From contig CAXGMD010000043.1 of the NCBI GenBank assembly GCA_964010765.1, positions 1 to 28,885 on the forward strand: a stretch of DNA of 28,885 bases, given 5' to 3'. The translations under genes and the position numbers were made by a program. Below, in pieces: positions 10,984-19,009 of the stretch (positions are counted from its first letter, which is position 1; every line of letters begins with the position of its first letter). The stretch is from an uncultured bacterium. Its GTDB lineage: Bacteria > SAR324 > NAC60-12. The notes beneath the pieces are model-generated. The model did not search any database. It was not told the origin of the DNA and saw only the letters and a list, made by a program, of their open reading frames with translations.

Positions 10984-12365
10984 TGTTGCCCACAGCAACA
11001 ATTCCAACTGCTACTCGAATCGGCTATTCCGTTGCAGAGACAGGTATCAATGCCGTTGAGACACTACTACGTCTCTACCTGCTGATCTTCTATACAGATG
11101 CGGTTGGGCTAGCGCCGGGTTGGGCTGGATTGGCGGTTGCGCTGGGCCTTTGTTGGGATGCGGTGACCGATCCTCTGATGGGCTATCTCTCTGACCGTTG
11201 GTACAGTCGTTTGGGAGGCAGGCGTCCTTTTCTGCTGCTGGGTGGCTTACTTCTCGCCATCAGTGTCTATCTTCTCTTTTCTCCACCATTTCTCGAAACT
11301 ACGAAAGCAAAGTTCGCATATCTGCTGACGGGGTTTCTCTTTCTCAACACGGCGATGACGATTCTGTCGGTGCCTCACATGGCAATGGCGACAGAGATGA
11401 CTGTGGAACCAGATGAACGTTCCGCCCTGTTTGCAATTCGTTTTGCTTGTGGAAACATTGGGGCAATCCTTGGCGCTGGATTACCAGGATTTTTTGCAAG
11501 TGGTGAGAGTTTACAGCCAATAGATCAACAGCTTGCCATGAATGAAATGAGCATTTGGCTTGCCGTGATTGTGTGCGGTACTGCAGGTTGTGCCTGGGTA
11601 GCTACAGCCAAGCAGTCGATGCATCGTGTAGTCACTCACGTTGAATTGAAGCAGAGTCTGATTCAGGTATGGCGTAACCCGACTTTCCGACCGTTATTGT
11701 TAGCCTATATCGTGGCTACCTTTGGGGTGGCCATCAATGGAGCTCTGGCACTTTACTACTACCGCTATCGGTTGTTGTTGGAAGAGCAGGAAGTGCAGCT
11801 CATTCTAGTAGTCTTCATGTTGGTACTGACCCTCTCTTTGGTAGGTTGGGTACTACTTTCCAGAAAGCTGGGAAAGCTACGACCTCTCCTGCTAGGAGTC
11901 TCACTGCTGGGCTTTTTCAGCTGTGTGACCTATCCTTTCTTTCCGCCAAGTAATCTCTGGGTACCATTGTTCGTGGGAGGTGTGCTGTTGGGTAGCTGTG
12001 TGGGATCGGTGGTATTGCTGGATTCCTTGCTGACAGATGTGATTGACTATGACCAAGTCCGCACCGGTGTACAACGATCAGGAGTCTACTTTGGAGTGTG
12101 GCGACTAGGCGCCAAAACCGCACGTGCCCTCGCTGTTGCAGGCGCTGGTTTGTTGCTGGAAGTCATTGGGTTTGTGCCCAACACCGTACAGTCGGCAGAA
12201 GTGTCAGAAGCACTGGCCTGGCTGTTTGGTCCAGGAGTTGGGGTGTTTCTCGTATTGGCTGCCTTGCTGCTGTGGCCATATCGTTTTGATGACGCTAAAC
12301 AACGTCAGGTTCGACGGATTTTGCAACGCAAAGAGCTACTTGCAGCACAGGCGTCGCAGGTGTAG
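10983..12365 (+). CDS. MFS transporter, glycoside-pentoside-hexuronide (GPH/MelB-like) family
   Basis: LLIFYTDAVGL, WDAVTDPLMGYLSDR, GRRPFLL, and DVIDYDQVRTGVQRSGVYFG. About 12 hydrophobic segments. The GTG start overlaps the photolyase TAG. Confidence 0.9.
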   Translation: MLPTATIPTATRIGYSVAETGINAVETLLRLYLLIFYTDAVGLAPGWAGLAVALGLCWDAVTDPLMGYLSDRWYSRLGGRRPFLLLGGLLLAISVYLLFSPPFLETTKAKFAYLLTGFLFLNTAMTILSVPHMAMATEMTVEPDERSALFAIRFACGNIGAILGAGLPGFFASGESLQPIDQQLAMNEMSIWLAVIVCGTAGCAWVATAKQSMHRVVTHVELKQSLIQVWRNPTFRPLLLAYIVATFGVAINGALALYYYRYRLLLEEQEVQLILVVFMLVLTLSLVGWVLLSRKLGKLRPLLLGVSLLGFFSCVTYPFFPPSNLWVPLFVGGVLLGSCVGSVVLLDSLLTDVIDYDQVRTGVQRSGVYFGVWRLGAKTARALAVAGAGLLLEVIGFVPNTVQSAEVSEALAWLFGPGVGVFLVLAALLLWPYRFDDAKQRQVRRILQRKELLAAQASQV

Positions 12366-12455
12366 ATTGTTCCAAATTGATCAAGTTCTACTGACTCACC
12401 ACCATCTCTGGTTGCAACAAATCAGTTCCTTTCTCAACGCATTGAGCAAACTCAC

Positions 12456-13601
12456 ATGTCTTGGAAACGTTGGTTTCTAACTGTATGTCTTGGACTTCTT
12501 GCAGGGTTTACAAACGCACAGACGGATCGCCCCAGCGCCCTGTTGACTCTGCACAGCAATCACTCCGTTCCTAGTTTGCAAGAACAGACTTGGCTGTTAG
12601 AACTACAGCGCCTGCTGCAGAGCCGCTACTACCTCTGGGTCGCAGCAGAGACTCCTGTTTTGACAAGCGCTCCTATGAAGACAGAAGCCAGCTTTGGTTT
12701 CCGCATGCAGCCACAGGCTGGGGAGATGCGGTTAGAAATATCCCGTAATCTTGCTGATGCATTAGTCCAGTATGTAGTGTTTTGTCCAGAACCCTGTGCC
12801 GGTGCTGGTCGAACAGAAGCTCTAAGGACTCTACTCGCCTTTGTAGAGCCGAATGCGAGTGAGCTTTGGGCTGCGTCACTACCACCTATCCCCGAATGGA
12901 AAGGAATTGCTCCACAGCGAAACACTGTGATTTCTTCAGCTGCTCGTTCCAATCCTGAGAGAAAGCCAGCGGTCCAACGCCAGAGGACTTCCACACAAAA
13001 GCAATCCGTTGAGGTGGCACGTCCAGCAGATCAATCAGTAACTTTGGAGGAGAAACTAGTAGCTCGTGCGGATAACCTTCCGCCTGCCAACTCAACAAAA
13101 ACAAAGGCGATAACTCCACCTGCCAAGACCAAGCCACCTGCTAAGAAAAAGACTCCCCGTAAGGCTGCTAAGCAGGAGGAGCAACTTCCCAAAATTACCG
13201 CGAGAGTGCAGCCATCCAGACCTCTTTTTGTCAGGAATGATAGCGCTGAAAACTCGACGACCAAAAGCGTTGGATCCAGTGGCAATCAAAACCAGTTAGA
13301 ACAGTTTCGCCGCAAGATCGCCGAGCGGAGCTACAACCGACAGATTTGGCAGGCTATGCGTAATCGGTTGATGTTCTTCCGACAGGAAAACAGTGACTTG
13401 CCCAAACCGCTGCCACTACGGGTTCGCCTACAGATTAATGTGGAAGGGAAGGTGATTGGTCAGGAGATTCTGGAAACTAGCCAAGTCCCAGAATTTGATG
13501 CATTGGTGCTAAAGAGCGCACCCCTACTGGAACTTTCACCACCGGATGAGATACTGGTGCGGGAGCCTCCCTATGTAGTTGTGGTTCAGGTAGCTCCCTG
13601 A
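12456..13601 (+). CDS. Exported protein with Pro/Lys-rich linker and TonB/TolA C-terminal-like domain
   Basis: Signal-peptide-like N-terminus (GFTNA|Q) and linker PPAKTKPPAKKKTPRK. The C-terminus YNRQIWQAM...VRLQINVEGKVIGQEILETSQVPEFDALVLKS...LSPP fits the TonB_2/TolA-C pattern. Confidence 0.65.
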   Translation: MSWKRWFLTVCLGLLAGFTNAQTDRPSALLTLHSNHSVPSLQEQTWLLELQRLLQSRYYLWVAAETPVLTSAPMKTEASFGFRMQPQAGEMRLEISRNLADALVQYVVFCPEPCAGAGRTEALRTLLAFVEPNASELWAASLPPIPEWKGIAPQRNTVISSAARSNPERKPAVQRQRTSTQKQSVEVARPADQSVTLEEKLVARADNLPPANSTKTKAITPPAKTKPPAKKKTPRKAAKQEEQLPKITARVQPSRPLFVRNDSAENSTTKSVGSSGNQNQLEQFRRKIAERSYNRQIWQAMRNRLMFFRQENSDLPKPLPLRVRLQINVEGKVIGQEILETSQVPEFDALVLKSAPLLELSPPDEILVREPPYVVVVQVAP

Positions 13602-13606
13602 AATGA

Positions 13607-13894
13607 TCAGTCGGTATCGCTGAAAATACGGGGCAGCCCATTGAAGAAAATCAGCGGTGGCGTGACCCGTCCCAGTGGAGGTTCAGGCTTGATGGACTTG
13701 GGAAGATGTCGCTTGTGCGTGGCGGTGTTGGGTTCCAGCAATAGACCACGCTCGTTGGTAAATTGCTGAATAATGCTCTGAATTTGGCGCCCAGCGATTT
13801 TCTCGCTACGATCAATGGGGATCTTGTGGGCCCAGGCTGCTGCGGTTGAAAACAACATGGCAAGAGCGAGAGGCAGGAAAAACTTCTGCTTCAT
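13607..13894 (-). CDS. Small secreted hypothetical protein
   Basis: MKQKFFLPLALAMLFSTAAAWA|H is a classic Sec signal peptide. Ends 5 bp from the convergent gene. Confidence 0.6.
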   Translation of the reverse strand: MKQKFFLPLALAMLFSTAAAWAHKIPIDRSEKIAGRQIQSIIQQFTNERGLLLEPNTATHKRHLPKSIKPEPPLGRVTPPLIFFNGLPRIFSDTD

Positions 13895-13903
13895 GACATA
13901 CTT

Positions 13904-13990
13904 TCCCGGTGATCAACCGGAATTTAGGAAGTCAGGGCAGCAGATTCCATTCTGCTCGTCCATGACGAAGGATGCGGTCATCCTGACACG
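13904..13990 (-). other. Structured 5' leader (candidate cis-regulatory RNA)
   Basis: Closing stem GTCAG(G)/(C)CTGAC at 13931-13987 encloses three hairpins. A further hairpin CCGGT-N5-ACCGG at 13906-13920 sits next to the RBS. A -10-like TATAGT lies at 13997-14002 on the minus strand. Confidence 0.35.
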
Positions 13991-14031
13991 ACGAGTACTA
14001 TAAACTCAGCAAGGGATGTGCCTCATAATCC

Positions 14032-15294
14032 TTAGAGGATCACCCCGTAGTTGGGTAGTTGCTCAGTGATGCGCGCCTGCATCTTGCGTTGATTCGGGTT
14101 GGCCTCCAGCATTACGGCTAAGTCGACTGCCTCCTTTGCATCTTTCAGGATTTGTCCAACCTGAGGAGGTTCCAAGCCAAGAGACTTGCGATGGAGATGT
14201 GAAAGGTAGGCGGCCTGCGCAAACTCCGAGAAAATAGGAAACTCCTTCATATCAGGAGTAGTTTTGGAGGCTCGCTTGTAGGCCTTGTAGTAGGCATCAA
14301 GCATTTTCTTGTAGGCTGGCAGCATGTGGGCTCGAACATGGGGATGCTTCAACTCCACTCTGAGCAATAAAGTACGGAAAGCTTCTGTGCGGACACGTGC
14401 CTCTAGTAGATAGTGCTGGGGAATAGCAGACTCGATCGCCTGCAGGCGCTTTGCAATATTTAGTGCCAAGCTGTGCAATGGCAGGATGAAGCGCATCACA
14501 TCAGCGACTGCAGTGACCTTGCGAATTACAACAGTCTCTTTTTCTGAACCTTCTCCACGTCCACCTTCTCCGATAAATCCATTGCTAAGACTTTGTGATG
14601 GACTGAGCCGGTTCAGTTCCGAGAGATCTACCGGAATCGTGATGGAGGTCAGCATTTGAGCCATCAATTCTTTGTTGCGTTCCAGCATATGCTGAGAAAA
14701 GTTCAACTCATGCAGTGCCATCGCATCTTCAGGCTCCATTTCCTCCAGGCCCTTGTTCAGGTCATCCATGCTGATCTTGCTTACGTCCATGCTTTGTAGA
14801 GCCGAGGAACGGACGCTCAGTAGGCTTTTCTTGTTGATTTCCGCAACATGTCGCAGGTAATTGATATATACTTGTCCAGCGGTCTGCATATTGCGAGGAT
14901 TAGCGCCACCGATGTAAATGGACAAACACGCTTGGAAAAGCATCTCTCGATACACAGAGGTTTCGTAGAGGCGTTTCTGATCCAGTACGTGCTTTACCAA
15001 GCTGCTGCGTACTTGACAAAGCGCAGGATCTTCACTGAGTTGTGTTGATAATTCTTGGGTGGTCTTGGACTCGCATGCATTCACAAGAGACTGGGCCATC
15101 AACCTTGGACTGTTTGGGCTCTCCTTTTTTCCAAACATTGAAGCCCACAATTTCTCAAAGAAAGAGGCACTGTGATGCTTTCGTACTGAACCAAGCAGTA
15201 CATAAATATCGTGCTGCATACGTCCGAAGGGAACATTCGGCATGTCAAGTGAGAAATCTTGGTTGGATTGGCCAAAAGAGGATTCATATTCCAT
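14032..15294 (-). CDS. Hypothetical protein, predicted mostly alpha-helical
   Basis: Long ORF of about 420 aa with no recognised motif. ATG at 15294 is preferred over the TTG at 15300. Confidence 0.75.
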   Translation of the reverse strand: MEYESSFGQSNQDFSLDMPNVPFGRMQHDIYVLLGSVRKHHSASFFEKLWASMFGKKESPNSPRLMAQSLVNACESKTTQELSTQLSEDPALCQVRSSLVKHVLDQKRLYETSVYREMLFQACLSIYIGGANPRNMQTAGQVYINYLRHVAEINKKSLLSVRSSALQSMDVSKISMDDLNKGLEEMEPEDAMALHELNFSQHMLERNKELMAQMLTSITIPVDLSELNRLSPSQSLSNGFIGEGGRGEGSEKETVVIRKVTAVADVMRFILPLHSLALNIAKRLQAIESAIPQHYLLEARVRTEAFRTLLLRVELKHPHVRAHMLPAYKKMLDAYYKAYKRASKTTPDMKEFPIFSEFAQAAYLSHLHRKSLGLEPPQVGQILKDAKEAVDLAVMLEANPNQRKMQARITEQLPNYGVIL

Positions 15295-15513
15295 GAGCAA
15301 GCTGCTACCAGAAGATAAAAATTAGCTGGAAGACCAAACGCGATGATCAAATCAGCGAGTTTTGGGTCCGGTCGAGTGCGACATTTAAGACATTCAAGTA
15401 AATAGCAGAAAAAACGAAAGGTAAAACGTCTTTGTTTGAAACAGAAACTTCAATTTTTTTTCTGATAACTATCTAGTTTCGCCTGCTCTCGATTTTTTGC
15501 AAAGGATTTTTGC

Positions 15514-18500
15514 ATGAAACAAGCTCTGCTCAACGCTGCAGAACACTACCCCTTTTTGGAGCCGTTTCGCCTACAGCAGCGGCAATTTACAGAAGCTGAT
15601 TACTTTCCTCGATTACAGCAGCAATTAACGGAATTGCCGATAGATTCTGAAGGGAGTTCTCTGCTGGCGCATCTGGTCCAGCGTGAAAAAGGGTGCGGGA
15701 TAGTCATTCAAGATTTCTTCCAGTTAGAGAATGAGCGAATTGTTCAACTCAATCTCCAGACAGAAAATTCCTTTGAAATTCTGGCACGCAATACACTGTT
15801 GATGGACAGCATCATTCAGGCAACCTTTGATTTTGCGCTGAATGATCTGCCCTTGTTACGTCGGCTCCATGTTGAGCAAATGGAGACGGAGCTTCACTAC
15901 AAGCAGCGCATTCTGCCTGAAAAGCGAGAGAAGCTTGGACGTGTGGAGCAAGAGTTAGAGAATCTTCCTGGCCAAGGAGGAGAACGCGAAGAGCGCGAGA
16001 TGCGCCGCTATTACCAGAAGATTTGTAGAGATCTGCAACACGACATCGAAGAACATGCTAAGCGCGTTGGTCAGCTGGAAGAACTACTGGAGACCGCAAG
16101 GGATTGCCCGGTTGATCGGGAGTTTGTTGAAGCCCATCTAGTCATTCTTGCACGGGGTGGCTACGGTCGTGGTGAGTTGAGCCTGGCTTCGGATCGAGAT
16201 CTGGGTTATTGCCTGGATACCGAACAGTTGGCTGCAGGACAAGCCGAGGTAGTCCGCCAACTGGTAATCCGCATCGAGACATTGCTTAATGCAGCGCAGG
16301 TGATGACCGCTCACCAATATTTTGAGATTGACGAGGACCTGACGCGCTTCCAGCAGGGTAGCATGCTGCAAACCATTCCCTCCATTCTGGAGAGTCGCGT
16401 ACTGGTAGGCAGCCAACGTCTGGCGGAACGCCTCAAACAACACTTCTTTGAAATCCTCCCCTATGAACCCTACGTTCTAGAGAAAATCAACACCTACCTG
16501 CAGACGGAGCGCCCACAACTCAACCAGGCAGATCTCAAACACGATCTGGGAGGTTTACGCAGTCTCCAGATTCCTCTGTGGATTGCAGCAGCAACCTTTG
16601 GTGTCTTCCCATCCTACACAGCAGAGATGATTGCGTTGCTAATCAAGCAGCGTCTGCTCTCTCCAAGACAAGCATTCAAGCTGTGTCAGGCCCTGGAGTT
16701 CACCTACGATCTACGAAACTTCACTGGTGCGGCCCGAGATCACTACTTTGATGAGGAGGCGCGACATAGCGGTTGCCGAGGAGAAGACCTGCAGCCAAAC
16801 GTGATCAACGACAACATGGAGCGCCTGTATCTGCTCAAGAAGCAGCGGTTTCAGGATGTTGATGATTTTGATCGCTATCGTTTGCAGATGCAGGACACGA
16901 TTCAGCAACTCTCCAGAGCATTACTTCGCAATATTCTGGAGCGACACGTTGTCCGAACCTTCCAGACTTTCCAAGTTACGGTATATCTGCGCCAACGTCG
17001 CATCATTGAGATCAATGCACTCGAAGGGATGCCGCAGGTTCCCCTGAGTCTAATTTTCAGTGACCCGCTCAAGCTGCTGGATCTGTTCATCTATGTTGGC
17101 AAGGTTGGCTATGATCTCTCATTTGAGTTGAAAGATGAGATGGCTGACCTGCTTCAATCACTAACGGTTGAAGTAGTCCAGAGTCGAGCTCCTGAACTTT
17201 CTGAGAAATTCAGCGAATTGATGATGACGCCCTATGTCGACCAGGCACTGCGCATCATGTTAGAAATTTCTGACCCAATTGGACTCAATGAACCCGCGTT
17301 CTTTGGTGGAACAACAACTCAGAAATATCTACCTGACACGCTGCTGGGACGTTTCATTCCCGAGTGCAACCAGATGCACTTCCTACTTCGAAATTTGTCC
17401 TATCACCAGTACCCGGTCAGCATTCACTCACTCAATGCAGTGCAGGCTGCTGAAGAAGAGCTACAGATTCTGCAAAAGCAGTATCCTGAGTTGTACCAGT
17501 ACCTCCAGCCTAAGCACATCCTTGCACTCAAGTGGGCTGTACTGTTTCATGACGTGGGAAAGATTGATCCAAGAACACGGCACCAGATCTCTGGCACCTC
17601 GATCGCAGTCAGAGCCCTTGAACGCTTGGGGTACGCTGATCCAGAACTCTTTGGTAGCATCTCTCTGATGATCGCCCACCACATGACCGTGGTACGACTC
17701 AGTAAGACCTCAGCGTACTTCGACCAGGCCATCCAGCAGTTCTTTGAAATTGCCAACCGGGATCTGGTCAACGTGATCCTGCTGTTCTTGGTGAACATTT
17801 CTGACTATCGCTCGGTCAGCGATGTGACAGCGAAAGATACTCGTACCCTACGAACTTTTTTTGAGGAAACCTACCGAGTCTACGCGGAGATGCGTTCCAG
17901 CGGCCAACTGAATGATGCAATGGATGCTATCAACAGTTACCTGGATCGGAAGAAGCAAGATCTGGAGTTTGATACCCGTATCAACCTGCTGATTCAGCAG
18001 GGTCTGCAGAATTCAATCGAAGATGCGCTCTATACACCAGTAGCCAAAATTCAGCCTCAGGAATACGAACGGCTGCAGAAAAGTCATGAGGAACTGGAGC
18101 AGCACTGGCGTTTGCTCAAGATGGGTTCATTGGATGAGAAAGGATTGAGCCAGACCACTGAAAAGCTGATTCGGACCATCCGACAGTACCTCAGTCCAGA
18201 TACAATCAACGCTCTGATCAATCCCTATCGGCGCCAATTGGAATGGTTTTTCGCAGCTTTCCCCAACCGCTTTCTGCTGAGCTCCAGTTCCGCGATCCTG
18301 GCCCAGCAGATGATGCGCTTCGAAAATTGGTCTTCGGAGGCAACGGTGAGCGTGCTGACCAATCCAAGGGGACGTCCTGTTGGACTACTGGTTTATGTTC
18401 GGGAGGCGCCTCAGATTCATAGTCGGATTGCGTACGCGCTTAGTCGTCGACAGATCAATATTGAAGGCGCCAAGATGAATCGGGTTTGTTTTGCCGATGG

Positions 18501-18954
18501 TCGGAGTGCTTACTGCTATTACCTCCAGATCACGGTTCGTTCTTCGGCAATGATTTTCCCAAGGGAGTTGGAGCACTCGATTCTTTACGATTCTCCACCT
18601 CAATTGGACCTGGATCAACAGCACTTCCTGCATAATCCACGATTGCAGCTGGAGTTTCTTGAAGACGATGAAAAAGGCTATGTTGTACAGGAGATTGACG
18701 GACATTTCGTGCGGATGGCTCAGTCTTATCTGCGAGTTAAATTGACCTTGGAAGACGCACCGTTGATCTTCTACAAGTTGGCCAACAGCTTCGACCGTTT
18801 TGAGGTGTCTGTGCAGCAATCACTGATCACCACTACCGGTTTTCAGGTCAATGATTACTTCTACATCTTGCCCCAGGACTTGGAGCGGCTGAGGTCTTCA
18901 GGCTTTGAGGAAGTCGTCAAGCGGAGCTTGAGTGACCCACCAAGCCACAATTGA
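15514..18954 (+). CDS. glnD: Bifunctional [PII] uridylyltransferase/uridylyl-removing enzyme, enlarged
   Basis: NT motif ARGGYGRGELSLASDRDL, DLKHDLGGLR, YHQYPVSIH, HD motif LFHDVGK, and two C-terminal ACT-like domains ending ITTTGFQVNDYFYI. Confidence 0.85.
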   Translation: MKQALLNAAEHYPFLEPFRLQQRQFTEADYFPRLQQQLTELPIDSEGSSLLAHLVQREKGCGIVIQDFFQLENERIVQLNLQTENSFEILARNTLLMDSIIQATFDFALNDLPLLRRLHVEQMETELHYKQRILPEKREKLGRVEQELENLPGQGGEREEREMRRYYQKICRDLQHDIEEHAKRVGQLEELLETARDCPVDREFVEAHLVILARGGYGRGELSLASDRDLGYCLDTEQLAAGQAEVVRQLVIRIETLLNAAQVMTAHQYFEIDEDLTRFQQGSMLQTIPSILESRVLVGSQRLAERLKQHFFEILPYEPYVLEKINTYLQTERPQLNQADLKHDLGGLRSLQIPLWIAAATFGVFPSYTAEMIALLIKQRLLSPRQAFKLCQALEFTYDLRNFTGAARDHYFDEEARHSGCRGEDLQPNVINDNMERLYLLKKQRFQDVDDFDRYRLQMQDTIQQLSRALLRNILERHVVRTFQTFQVTVYLRQRRIIEINALEGMPQVPLSLIFSDPLKLLDLFIYVGKVGYDLSFELKDEMADLLQSLTVEVVQSRAPELSEKFSELMMTPYVDQALRIMLEISDPIGLNEPAFFGGTTTQKYLPDTLLGRFIPECNQMHFLLRNLSYHQYPVSIHSLNAVQAAEEELQILQKQYPELYQYLQPKHILALKWAVLFHDVGKIDPRTRHQISGTSIAVRALERLGYADPELFGSISLMIAHHMTVVRLSKTSAYFDQAIQQFFEIANRDLVNVILLFLVNISDYRSVSDVTAKDTRTLRTFFEETYRVYAEMRSSGQLNDAMDAINSYLDRKKQDLEFDTRINLLIQQGLQNSIEDALYTPVAKIQPQEYERLQKSHEELEQHWRLLKMGSLDEKGLSQTTEKLIRTIRQYLSPDTINALINPYRRQLEWFFAAFPNRFLLSSSSAILAQQMMRFENWSSEATVSVLTNPRGRPVGLLVYVREAPQIHSRIAYALSRRQINIEGAKMNRVCFADGRSAYCYYLQITVRSSAMIFPRELEHSILYDSPPQLDLDQQHFLHNPRLQLEFLEDDEKGYVVQEIDGHFVRMAQSYLRVKLTLEDAPLIFYKLANSFDRFEVSVQQSLITTTGFQVNDYFYILPQDLERLRSSGFEEVVKRSLSDPPSHN

Positions 18955-19009
18955 GCACGTGGAGCTACTGGTAAGGCGTGCTTGTGAGCAAGGCAATGGG
19001 GAAGGTTGC

